A stretch of 64,000 nt of DNA from Sporopachydermia quercuum (taxonomy: Eukaryota): assembly GCA_001599295.1 (NCBI GenBank), contig BCGN01000010.1, positions 1 to 64,000 on the forward strand, given 5' to 3'. Within the stretch, counting starts at the first letter, position 1; each line of letters begins with the position of its first letter. Of the stretch, positions 19,868 through 31,401 are shown piece after piece. The notes under the pieces were generated by a model. It searched no databases. It was not told the DNA's origin and saw only the letters and a list, made by a program, of their open reading frames with translations. A program made the translations under genes and the position numbers.

Positions 19868-21573
19868 TTGTGATTCTATGTATTTTCAACCGTACAAATA
19901 TGTCAAAGAAGTTTATATTGTTATGTATAACTGCAGATCAGAGATCCTTCTGTCTTGTTTAAATTAATTCGAATTTCAATTTCAAAATATTCGATTCATT
20001 GAAGTTGGTACTACCCCCAGCGCCAGTAGTGTTTGTTGAGTTCCCTTTCCTACCATGGCTTCCAATCATTCTATTTAACACCCGCAGGTCTTGAAAAAGC
20101 TCTATTCATTCAAGTCAAGTGTTTACCGTCAAAGCGTTTTATGTCCTTTTTATAGCATTAACTTATTGTATTATTCCTCTATTGTCAAGCGTTCCACCTA
20201 ATCGTAGTGTATGTCTACGTTAAACAAACTGGCAAACATAATGTTCAGAATCTCACTAAAGTCTTGTTCTAGTCTTCCTCATGTACCAGGAACAACTACC
20301 AGAACAGCAATCATAATGTAATATAAAAGACACTTAAAAGCTGGAACCATTGACAGAATTGCCGTTTAAATATTTAACTCTTTCATTTAACAGAATCCTT
20401 CTAAGAAGTAAACGAAAACTAATACAATTGTCAACTGACAACCCCCGAACATAAAGTAACTGTCTTAATTGCTTGCATCCTACCAACGAACACCAATACT
20501 CTCGTGCATCAAAATGCGAATTAATGAGTATTAAATACTTCACAATTAGTCGTCCACGGCAACTACATCATAAGCTTTATATTGTTATTCAGATAATGAT
20601 CGAAAAACTATCTCATCTAATCTCTTCATGCAACTCCTTTATTCCTATGTGAACGGACCAGTATCAGTCATCAAAGCAACAATCCTTCCTTCAACATTGG
20701 AATCTGAATCTAACAGATTGATCTCATCTCTTATCTCTAATTTTACCTGTAAATGCAAATATTTTTTCTTCTTCTTAGTAAGACCGATAACCAATGACAA
20801 TCCATTTTCAAAACACTGTGCTATTCCCGATTAATACTCTCATCGCCCACTCGCTATTAAACTATCGGGTTTTGATGGACTTGTTTAGGAAAACGAACTT
20901 TAAGTATAAATTAAGGAACTTTATGAACTTTAGGATAAAGTTTATTCAAGTTGATTAGGCTTTGCTTCTCTTGCAAGTAGTCTCCTGAAATGGTATTTAA
21001 ATGGGAACATGGAGAAGGAATGGGAGAAATTAACGAGAAAGAACGAATGACTAGAATATTTAGATATTGATGGGATAGAACGCTCATTTTACAATTGTTT
21101 CTATCTACTTACTTGTAATTTATAGAATAAGAGCTTTAATATGTTTCAAAACTATCTTAATTCTCTCTATTTTACTCAATTTAATAATCTGTCAATTCAT
21201 GTAATGGCATATAATTAATGATATAATTAATTACATTTAGACCGGTAAAGCTGCTGGATGAAATCTTAAATTAAAACCTTGGTCTTAGATAAAACCCAAA
21301 GCTAAACCTAAACTGCAACCAGAAACTCAAACTCAACAATTCGCTCTGTAAGCATCGTCTCCGCCATTTTCCGGTTCATTTCACTCTTTATTTATTGAAT
21401 CATACTCACAGACTCCTTGCTTGCTTGTATTTTAGATGCTTAATTTTAGAAGTACGTGTGATCTCGATTAGTTCATTTCAGAGATCGCAGCCTATGTATT
21501 TCTCGCCTCATACTATACATATCATGTCATTTCTATGTCATTGCCATGTTATAGACATATGGTCTACAATTAG

Positions 21574-22560
21574 GTAAGTAAGTGTATGATCTTCAAATAG
21601 ATATGTAAGCAACTCACTCTTCAGCTAACTCAACAGCCGACCTACAGCTTACTTGCCTAGCCATATATATTTATAAATGAGTACCCATCAAGAGATTGCA
21701 ACTATAAGAAGTTCTTGGAACAGTTCAACAATAACACTCACCATCATTGAGAAACCTATTATCTTCTCCCGTTTTTATCCTCTTCCTTTACTGCTTTCTC
21801 CCATTACACTTTCGGTTCATGTGGCTGCTGAAGAATGTCCTGATATCTATTGTCCTAAAACTAATGAGGTACTTGGAAACTGATAGAAATCCCTTTAAAA
21901 TAAGCCAAAACAGATACTGCAGTTAGCAACAGTCTAATTACTTGTTTCAGCGGAGCCTGAAGTAATAAGCTATTTTCACTCAAAATTTATTATTCGAGTG
22001 CTTTCATGAACGATGCCAGTGATTTAATGCTATCAAATACTATCATATGCTCTCAATGGCCGTGGCAAAAAGACAACCGATGGAGTTGTTTGAATTCAAT
22101 CTTCCCTATTAAAATAGGTAAGATCTAGTAATAGCAATGGAGAATATACTTTGAGTGGATATGATATCTAATTTTAGGTCAGCTTCAAGCAAGAATAAAC
22201 CAACCCCTAATTGTTCGTCATGGACTCTGGGAACACGGACACCGTTATCATTGCCAGTGTCGCAGTTGCATAAAAGTCTTTTCTGACTTGTTTTACAAGA
22301 ATCTGGGAAGCACCTGAGATATTCGAAAGTTGCGGGTGTTTTTTTTGGCAGAGTTGAACTATTTGGAGATTTAGCATTTAAGATTCAGTTTCTATTAACT
22401 GTTTTCCTACTATTGAACTCATTAGGGGAAGCTGCGATGAATATCAACAACTCAATTAACAGCCAGCAGTTAATTCACATTCTAAGAATTGGAGGCGCGA
22501 TAACATTGAATCAGCTATTCGATAGTTACTACCATTCTGATTATCTATTGCTGTAACAAT
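21574..22560 (+). pseudogene. Probable decayed fungal globin (YNL234w-like) with a 5' intron-like element
   Basis: Ordered fragments across frameshifts and stops: MSTHQEIATIRSSW (21677), ASVAVA/KVFSDLFYKNL (22253-22305), VAGV/LAELNYLE (22329-22368), IEL/LGEAAM (22412-22439), FTF*ELEAR (22474-22500). GTAAGT..GCTAAC..CAG at 21574-21647. Confidence 0.5.
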
Positions 22561-23408
22561 AAGAACTAGTAACAGTGATGCTGTGAATTTAAATAGTAAT
22601 ACGATAAGATATTTAAGTCTATCGAACTGCATATTAGAGTCTGTTCATGTTTATATTCACATTGATGTTGATATTTCTATTTATATCGAAATCAATAGTA
22701 ATAAAACTAGGAGCTGATATTGATTATTCGTGGAATACAATCATTAGTATAGTGACTTCTTTCATGTTGAGTGTTGGAAAATACGAGATCTGACAACTAT
22801 CACTTTGAACAGAATATGAAGGAATTGAGATTCCGGAAGCTTGGAAGCTTAGAAAACTCGGGACGTTAAGATCGGAATCGGAACTGAATGGATCCTATCT
22901 GAAGAATCTGTTCCCAATTAATGAAGTTATAGCACTAAATGTACCACTACAACGATGGGATAGAGTTTCAGAACAAGTTCGGAATAAAATACATCTCTTG
23001 CTGATATTGATCAATGGAGAACCGATCAATTCCGATCTGATATCCGCTCTTATTGCATTTTTCCGAAACTTTAATTTACTGAGTCTAGCCAACTATCATT
23101 TCCGTTTCAACAAACCAGTCACGTGGCTCAGGTAGAATAAGAAAAATCATTATTTTTGTGTTATTCAATTTCATATCTTAGGATTTCAGGTATGGTCTCC
23201 GATATTTTTGTATAGTCTCCTTTTTCCTTGTCTCCAATTTTGCAATTGTTTCCGCTCCCTCTAAATCATTTCCTTTTTCTTCTCTCTTTCCTGCATTTGT
23301 TCTGCTCCTTCTATCTTCAACAAAACGACAGAAAAAGCGATAATAAACAACTAAGCCACTTTCGTTATTAATAGGGCACTGCGAAATGCTGAGATTGAGC
23401 CACAGAAA

Positions 23409-25562
23409 ATGTCAAAAACACTACAATCGGCCTCCAGGGCTTGTCTCAATTGCCGCAATAAGCATGCCAAATGCGACGGAACTCAACCATGTAAACGGTG
23501 CCTCAGTTCGGGTATGGAATGCGTCTTTGTGAGATCCCGGCGGGGAGGCGCTCGAATCCGATTTCAGAAGAACCCGGATGCATCCGGGATGATGGTCTCG
23601 GTTCTACGGACGGCTTCTTTCCAGAGTTCTCGGCCACAATTGAGTCAGCCAAGGCAGCCACTTAGCACGGAACAAATACCAAGCCACGGGAACAATGAGT
23701 CTTACTTCCAAATAAGTCATCAGCCTGTTGAAGTGGGAAGCGTTGGCACAGTTATGAAGGATAACTCATCTACAGCTGGTTCCGAGATGGATCAATCTTC
23801 TCCGTTGACTACGGCATCTACTGGCACATCGGCTACGTCTTTGAGTTCCGGTTCCGAGCCTAGCGGGATCAGCAACGGCCGTGTTGGTGGCACAGCGCCA
23901 TTGCCTTTTATTGAGGACTGTAACAATTCCCCGAGATTTAGTTCCTCTGCTAATAATATTAATGATTCAGCCCCAGCTCCCATAGTCAACTCCCCGTATA
24001 ATGCCATATTTGATACTCAATTTAACCATCGGCAAAACCCAGTTGAGTCATTCTACGCCGCATATCGCCAAATCCATGGATACTGTTTATCTTTTCAGGC
24101 GTTTGCGGCTGTAAATAAGCCGCTGGATTCATTTCCCGATTTGTATCTAACTTTTCGCTTACTTTACCTACATAGGACAGAACAAGTTCCCAGTCAGGGC
24201 TACGATTTGTGGCTCAAGGACGAACTACGCCACTTGAAATCGGCTATTGATGCTGCGCCACAGGATTTATTCAAAATTCATAGCTGCGCTACCGCAGCTA
24301 TCATCACCCACATGTGTTTCCACTTTGATCTATCCTCCGAGTTGTTATCTCAAGCGGTAGAACTAACTCTGATGTTCCGAGAAAGCCCAGCGTTATTGTG
24401 GCAATCTTCCCTAAATAGGTTATCCTCATTTCCTCTTCAGGAACTACAGTCGTCGTTCCTAGCCACTCTTTTCCAACTGAGGCTTATTGATAGCGTTTTA
24501 AGTATGACGGCTATGCAACGGTCAAGGCTGAATGAGGGTGATAGCGCGAACGATAACATAATAAATACCGGAATTAATCTCGGAATAACCGACGAGTTAT
24601 CCGATATTACCTCCGATCGGTCTTCTGTGTCCTTGGGAATTGAAACATGTAAATTCGTTGATTTCTGTGTTTCTANTGTTCAATCCTCTTTCCCCACTTT
24701 TGACCTCACTCCCGCTAAACAATCGGAAGCGTTTGCCAAATACGCCTCAATCAAAATGCAACTAGAAGAACAGGTATTCCGGTCCGTTCGGATAAACGCC
24801 ACCACCTGTTTTTCTTTAGCTTGGGTGGCTCATAGTTTAATATTTCTCTTGCTGCCCCACAGTTCCCTTTCTAGACAACTAGCCGAGAGATCATTTAACT
24901 GCCGCAAAGTCACATCCGAATCCGAACCCTTAATCAGAAACGCTAGCTCTAATCCCGATCCCATTCCNAATTCTAACTCTAACTCTAACTCTACTGCACC
25001 ACAGGAAGATAAAACAACAAATTACATTCTAAATGCGGCAAGAACTATTCCCAAAATCCTAATTGAGACTGTGGCGCTTGGAACGCTAAACGATCTTTCC
25101 CCGCTTATGGTTTGTCCCTTAATCTCGGCCTCTTTTGTACACATAAATGTTGTTATTGCCTACTGTTTGCGGACTGTTAGCCTCGGTCCGTTGGTGATTA
25201 CCTTGGAAACTGTGCTGGATAATTTATGTTTGATGTTTAAAGTTCTCAAAATGTACGGAAGAATGTATCCGTTTGCGGGGGCAGCTGTGGCTAAGTTCGG
25301 GGGAACAATTAGCAGCTTATTGCCGGGTTTAGCGAGCCGCTTAGGCATAGACGAGGCGCAGTATTCAATGACACATTCTCTTGATTTGGGTATATCATTA
25401 CAAACGCAAGATGAACCACAGTTTTCTTATCTTCAACAGGAAACGCCGCCACAGGATCTTCCGCAAATGGGAGAAATGTTCCACGTCAATGAAACCTTAC
25501 TAGCAGCTACAGATTTAAGTTTGTTTGGATTCTTCCGTGATTTCATGCATGGCGAAGCTTAA
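23409..25562 (+). CDS. Zn(II)2Cys6 transcription factor
   Basis: RACLNCRNKHAKCDGTQPCKRCLSSGMECVFVRSRRGG, followed by a Ser-rich linker and a divergent helical domain. Confidence 0.88.
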   Translation: MSKTLQSASRACLNCRNKHAKCDGTQPCKRCLSSGMECVFVRSRRGGARIRFQKNPDASGMMVSVLRTASFQSSRPQLSQPRQPLSTEQIPSHGNNESYFQISHQPVEVGSVGTVMKDNSSTAGSEMDQSSPLTTASTGTSATSLSSGSEPSGISNGRVGGTAPLPFIEDCNNSPRFSSSANNINDSAPAPIVNSPYNAIFDTQFNHRQNPVESFYAAYRQIHGYCLSFQAFAAVNKPLDSFPDLYLTFRLLYLHRTEQVPSQGYDLWLKDELRHLKSAIDAAPQDLFKIHSCATAAIITHMCFHFDLSSELLSQAVELTLMFRESPALLWQSSLNRLSSFPLQELQSSFLATLFQLRLIDSVLSMTAMQRSRLNEGDSANDNIINTGINLGITDELSDITSDRSSVSLGIETCKFVDFCVSXVQSSFPTFDLTPAKQSEAFAKYASIKMQLEEQVFRSVRINATTCFSLAWVAHSLIFLLLPHSSLSRQLAERSFNCRKVTSESEPLIRNASSNPDPIXNSNSNSNSTAPQEDKTTNYILNAARTIPKILIETVALGTLNDLSPLMVCPLISASFVHINVVIAYCLRTVSLGPLVITLETVLDNLCLMFKVLKMYGRMYPFAGAAVAKFGGTISSLLPGLASRLGIDEAQYSMTHSLDLGISLQTQDEPQFSYLQQETPPQDLPQMGEMFHVNETLLAATDLSLFGFFRDFMHGEA

Positions 25563-25962
25563 GATGAAGTTTTAGCTGAAATGGGATATAAACTTACCCG
25601 AATAGGATTGGTGTGTTTGTCCTTTGTGTTTTGTATTGGTTTGATTTAAGTTATTACTGTTCCTATTTTAGGTTCGATCAACCATACTTAAGTCCGATAC
25701 AATTTCAGATAGTTTCAAAGTTTCAATTACTCAATTAGGTTCAAAAACTTCTTTTTATAATATAGTATAGCTAGCATATACACAAAACACAAACAAAAAA
25801 GATATCAACGTCATAATTCACATTAAGGTTATTCGTATTTTTATCCACTGTAGACATCCATCCGAGCTTATTCATCCCAACTAGGTGACAATCATGACAA
25901 TCGTGATAATAATCGGCTTTGACTACCTCGCCTATCACTCTTCAGTTACCCCTTATCTCACA

Positions 25963-28900
25963 CTACCAATCATCGTCTTCATCTTCATCTTCGTCATCCG
26001 AATCTCTCCGAACTCTGGCCCGGATAGCGCTCGCTAAGCCACCAGCAAGATTTTGCTGTTCCTCTTCTTGCTTCTTCAATGCCGACGCTAATCCGTTAGC
26101 GAGATTCCCGTTAGCGACTTGGGCAGTTGTGGACGAACTTACGGTTGTGACTGCGAGTGCGGGGAGATTACTTGTCTGGGCAATAGGATTACCTAAAACT
26201 TCCTTCAAATAAGCTTCAGGAGTCCAACCTTCGGCTGATCCGTCCAATTTTTTAGCTAAAAGCCATCCATTACCGGCGTTTGAAGCCACGAAAACAATCT
26301 CGTCTTTTGTAACCGATAACTCGTTAGGTCCTCTTGCTGCAAAGTCGTACAACGCCACATATTGAGGATCTGAAGGTGGCACAGGAGGCTGCTGTTGCTG
26401 TGGTGGAGGAGGTGGTGGAGGTGGCGCAATTTTCTTGGATTGTGCATGTGATTGCTGTTGATGCTGGAACTGAGGTTGAGGGGCAGCCGGTTTAGATTTA
26501 GGCTTCGGTTGAGGCTTAGTTGTTTGTGGCGCAGGTGGTGGCGCTTTCCGTCTTAGTGGAGCTTGTGGCTGAGTTTGGGTTTGAGTTTGGGTTTGAGTTT
26601 GGCCGTTATATGCAGCCGATGCAGCTAATGCAGCTGTATTCTGTGCCTGAGACTGGGGCTGAGTGTGGGGTAATTGTTGTACTTGGGGTTGAGCCTTGGG
26701 CTGATAAGACTGCAGTGGCGCAGCTCTGGGTTGAGCNCTTGGCTGAGCCTTGGGAACTTGTCTAGCTACCCCGCCTTTTCTTCGTGGCATGGGTTTTGAG
26801 ACAGAATTGGGACTATTACCGGGCATAACACTGATAGTACCACTCTTATAAACGTCTCCATTACCAGGAATTCCTTGCCCCAATGTAAACTTAACCGAAT
26901 GCATCTTCCCCGCTTTTTTATGGTACGCAATGGTTGGTCCGATGCGGATATCCAATCCCGGGCGGATAATACTCAATCGGGTAACTAATTCCGTCTTAAG
27001 CGGACAGTTCATGAGAAAATCGGGTCCCTGGCCACTACTTACCAGCGAAAACCAGTCATCCTGAAGATTAGACAACGCAACATACGCCACGCCAGATAAG
27101 GGAATTCCCCCTTCCAGACAATAGGCTAGTTGCCGGTTAATTACAGATTCGGCTATAATGTAGAACTTTGTTTTTGTCAACACAAATATCCTTCCAACTC
27201 TTACTGAGGATCTTCCGAATTTGGCGTGCAAAATCTCACCTCTGGCCGAGAATTCTACCGTTTCGGTAATTCCAACCGAACGTTTAACAATTGCACCGAC
27301 TCCAGCGGAATCGGCGGTGGCTAAGTAATCACCCAAAAACCGACGAGAGCCCAAAAGACTGAATGTTCTCCGTTCTTTACGGAAGGCTAATACAGTTGAT
27401 CCGTAATCTCGGAGTTTGAGGAAATCGGCTGTGCCTTGAAGTTGGCGCCAAAACCGTTGAATCTTAATTGCTGCTTCCTCTCTGCGTCTGAGCCATCTGC
27501 GCCAGGCCCGTTGGATCCGAGCGGCCATATTATGCCAGTATCGGTCCCGCATATGCTCTAAAGCAAACAAGGTTTCGGGAGTCTTGATAAACACTTTTGT
27601 AACTCCCATTTGAAATTCCGAGCTCGGAATTGCCGTGGCCCTTAAAATCTCCTGGACCGCGGAGATGGAATCTCCAGTCCATATATAGTCTCCGGCATAA
27701 GATGTTTTCGGAGATAATAAGTAGAACCGTTCGACAAATTTCTCAAATGATTGTCTATATGCAAAACCGGCTCTTCGGATCCGAACGTTCTCCTGTAAAC
27801 CTAAATACTTCACTTGATGTAGAACTGCTTTTTCGTTATATTCGGTTGGCGATTTATTTTGGTTCGGCTTTATTGTTCGGATATAACTAGGCTGTGCTTG
27901 AGTTAAGGTTCCCACTAGTTCGTTGGCTGAGGATTTGATTTTATCTGAAGCCGTCGGCGGTCTCCGTTTAGAGTCTTTATCAATTTTATCAGGGAATAAG
28001 GTTCCAATGAAAGGCTGTTGAGATCCGGCTAATAGTTCTAATAAATCTTTCAACATTTGGTCCTTGTTTTTATCCGTCATACCCCGCATATCATACATGA
28101 CATCCCCTGCATAATGTTTCACAAGGAATTTACCTTGGCGGAGTTCGAAGTGCGGATTTCCCGACATAAGATTCAACCGTTGAGCAAATGATTGGTCTGC
28201 GGCGTCGGAATCGGCATGTGCGGTGGCGCAGGCATCGTTTAATGTGGCGAAGATTCCGGGGGGCCGTTTTTCCTCAATCAAATCGCACACAACCTTATTA
28301 TTGAAGTATTTAATAGGGGTCCATTTTATTTGCTCTCGTACGTATTCATCTTGTTCTGCTTTTAACGTCAATTGAATGAAGATTTGTTGCAGCTTTTCAT
28401 TGACGTAATTAATGCATAATTGTTCAAATGAGTTTGTTTCAAAGATCTCAAACCCGTAGATATCCAAAATGCCGATGGACCTAGATGCCGAGGTTTTAGA
28501 TTGTAATGACACATTTACTCTATCGACAATCCAGTCAAATAAGTTGTTGTATAATCCTTTGGCGAGGGCATCCCGAACCGCGGCGGCTTGAACGGGATTC
28601 AAAGGCACGTGATAAACGGAGCCGCGTCTTCCCCCGCGCGAGGTTTCCACTATACGTTCAGTTAAAGCACGTTGTAAGCTTGGGGCGTCAACTTGGAGGA
28701 GATAAGCGACAAACGTGGGCACGGACATGTCTGAGATTTCGGCGTTCCCTTCTGAGTTTTCCGAGAAAGAGACGTTTCCGATCCATAAAATAGCGGCAAG
28801 AACACGGAAGATATTGTCTTGTTCATGTTGATGTAATCCGATAATTTCCATAGCCTTTAAAGTTTGCTCGTAGTCATTGACATCGTCAATCGAGTTAACG

Positions 28901-29703
28901 GAAGTACAGCCGGATTTGGAGGTATAGACGTAAGATTCCGGGGGTTGAATTCCGAATAATTCCTTATAGTTCGTCCCGGCACCCCGGCATAATTGATAGA
29001 AGATGTGGAAGTTACGTTCACCGGAGATTTGCCCCACTACCCGAGCTTTCTCTAATAGGTAATTTGTGATGGTGGCTCCCACAGGTTCAAAAGCTGTATT
29101 AAATAAGATTTCCAGGTACTTCCCATGCCTAGATGAATTATCATTGCGAAGGGTTTTCGCACAACCAAAAGATTCTAAGAGAGGATTAGTGGCTAAAACC
29201 ATATCTTTGATCTTCTGAATACCCGAAGAAGCTGAGCCACCGGAAACAGCAGCCACATATTGCATGATACGTTTAGCTGCTTCTGTTTTGCCGGCTCCGG
29301 ATTCACCCGAAATAATCACCGCTTGGTTCTCATTATAAGCTTTCATGTTATAATACATCGCTTCGGCAATAGCAAATACATGCGGGGGAACCTCAAGCCG
29401 ATTCTTCCCGCGGTACGATTCCAGAATTGTTTCCGTATAAATGCCGAGATCACGGAACGGGTTGATTGAAATAAGAACGTGACCAATATAAGTATAGATA
29501 GTTCCATTTTCAAACCTTTTTTTCAGATTCTCATTGATGGCTTCCTCGGTTACTTTACTTAAAAGGGTTAGATCGGAAACTCCCACTTCTTTCTTTTTGC
29601 CATGATCAAATGTGGCTTTTTTAACCACATGACGTTTGGCTGGTTGTTGCTTAGCCACAGCTCCTGGTTGCGCCTTTCGAGCGGCACGCTTAGTAATTGC
29701 CAT
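25963..29703 (-). CDS. MYO5: Type I myosin (Myo3/Myo5 homolog)
   Basis: Motor domain ([21 protein letters not shown]), IQ motifs, TH1, Pro-rich region, SH3 (YVALYDF...WTPEAYL), acidic tail ending DDDW. Confidence 0.97.
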   Translation of the reverse strand: MAITKRAARKAQPGAVAKQQPAKRHVVKKATFDHGKKKEVGVSDLTLLSKVTEEAINENLKKRFENGTIYTYIGHVLISINPFRDLGIYTETILESYRGKNRLEVPPHVFAIAEAMYYNMKAYNENQAVIISGESGAGKTEAAKRIMQYVAAVSGGSASSGIQKIKDMVLATNPLLESFGCAKTLRNDNSSRHGKYLEILFNTAFEPVGATITNYLLEKARVVGQISGERNFHIFYQLCRGAGTNYKELFGIQPPESYVYTSKSGCTSVNSIDDVNDYEQTLKAMEIIGLHQHEQDNIFRVLAAILWIGNVSFSENSEGNAEISDMSVPTFVAYLLQVDAPSLQRALTERIVETSRGGRRGSVYHVPLNPVQAAAVRDALAKGLYNNLFDWIVDRVNVSLQSKTSASRSIGILDIYGFEIFETNSFEQLCINYVNEKLQQIFIQLTLKAEQDEYVREQIKWTPIKYFNNKVVCDLIEEKRPPGIFATLNDACATAHADSDAADQSFAQRLNLMSGNPHFELRQGKFLVKHYAGDVMYDMRGMTDKNKDQMLKDLLELLAGSQQPFIGTLFPDKIDKDSKRRPPTASDKIKSSANELVGTLTQAQPSYIRTIKPNQNKSPTEYNEKAVLHQVKYLGLQENVRIRRAGFAYRQSFEKFVERFYLLSPKTSYAGDYIWTGDSISAVQEILRATAIPSSEFQMGVTKVFIKTPETLFALEHMRDRYWHNMAARIQRAWRRWLRRREEAAIKIQRFWRQLQGTADFLKLRDYGSTVLAFRKERRTFSLLGSRRFLGDYLATADSAGVGAIVKRSVGITETVEFSARGEILHAKFGRSSVRVGRIFVLTKTKFYIIAESVINRQLAYCLEGGIPLSGVAYVALSNLQDDWFSLVSSGQGPDFLMNCPLKTELVTRLSIIRPGLDIRIGPTIAYHKKAGKMHSVKFTLGQGIPGNGDVYKSGTISVMPGNSPNSVSKPMPRRKGGVARQVPKAQPXAQPRAAPLQSYQPKAQPQVQQLPHTQPQSQAQNTAALAASAAYNGQTQTQTQTQTQPQAPLRRKAPPPAPQTTKPQPKPKSKPAAPQPQFQHQQQSHAQSKKIAPPPPPPPPQQQQPPVPPSDPQYVALYDFAARGPNELSVTKDEIVFVASNAGNGWLLAKKLDGSAEGWTPEAYLKEVLGNPIAQTSNLPALAVTTVSSSTTAQVANGNLANGLASALKKQEEEQQNLAGGLASAIRARVRRDSDDEDEDEDDDW

Positions 29704-31401
29704 AGTTAGAACTAACCGCTGAGCCGAAAATTGGGTAAAAACTAATAGAACGAACTAGAAAATATTCTCGGAACAGTTTTGCCTGACTAGGAATACACTT
29801 TTTCAAAAGCGGATGCAATCGTAATAGCTCAGTACTTCAAGCTTCTGTATATCAACTGCTCCTGTTTACTCTCCCAGAAAAATACCACTGATTATGTACT
29901 CAAAGTGAGCACAAGAGTGAAAAAGGATGAAAACCCGATTTTCGGATAGTGCAAATCTAATATAGAAGGTCTCGCAAAGATGGATTGACCCACTTTTCTG
30001 ATTCAATATGCTGATTACAGCTAATAATCGTTGATAATCGTGGTGTGGTTAATGTATGGTTGATAATAATAGTAGTGATAAGGAAGAATGGAGATACAAA
30101 AGAAAACTCGGCAAGGGAAGGCTGAGCTATTGAATGTTTCGATTTGTGATCTGTGTAATGGGACAAGACTAAAAGAGTCTGGGATTCTAGGAGGAGATGA
30201 GGGAGTCAATGGGAAATTAGGGTCTTAGGATGGGTTTGAATATGGTAGTACAAAGGTGGGTGGAAGCTAAGAGTTGTATATCGGGGGTTAATTTATCAAT
30301 AGAGTGTTAGAATCAAATCTAAAATAAATAGAGGTTTACGAAAAATATTCTATTATTACTATACTGTTTATTATTTTGCTTTTCTGCTTATAAATAGGAA
30401 GAAAATGTAAATCAAAGAGGGACTATTGAGTGCAGCATACTTAGAGATGTTGCTATAAGATACAATGATGGTCAATGATGATCTCCTTATCTTACCCTTC
30501 GCTGGTTGGTTTTATGGAAAAAAGTGATCTTTCAAGAACTTTCATAAGAATCTTCTCATTCCAATCATTCATATATATCGAATTATATTATAAGGAATTT
30601 TTAGTGATACACGTGATTTGCTCAGTAGAAATGCCCTGAAACTTTCGGAAATGATTAATAAGGGTCTGGAAATAGAGCACAGTGTTATCTCAGAAATCGC
30701 TCATCTTAAATTCAAGAATTGGGGAGCAAATATATGTATTACAGAGATCTATTCTTTGAACTGTGAGATAAAATAAATACTAAATACTCAATTTAATATG
30801 TTTCCCGTAAGTGTTTTTTTTTCTCAGTAAACTTCTCTGTTGTGGTACATTTATTTCTATTCCTAGTCCTAGGGGAAGCATCCTCCTATTCATTATGCTT
30901 CAACGAAGGACAAATAGGAATAAAAATAACATATAAAGCCAGACAATTGTTGGAAGACTAACCATTATATTTCAAATGTTGAATTAATTACGAATATACA
31001 TACAATTTAGTTGCTCTCGGAAGAGGTAGATAAGTGCTGATGATATGAGAGTACTAATAGTTTCCAGAAATGCTTATCGGATACCGGCTGGAAAACTAAA
31101 CCGGAAATAATAATATCTACTATATGTATGATAATGCATTATAATGCGTTAATATGTATTGTAGGCACATGATGCACGATAATGCATGCACTTTCTACAA
31201 TTATTTTTGTTCACATAATTATTAATTTGCTCACTTCACCATTTCCGTTATTTCCCTCTAATTATAGAATAGATCAACCACAATCACAAATTCTGCCGTT
31301 ACTGCTTCACAATTATATCCAAAATCATCTGCAGACACAATTTAACATTCGAAATAGCATTATTTTAATTCCCGATTTAAATATTAACCACATTTTCACA
31401 A

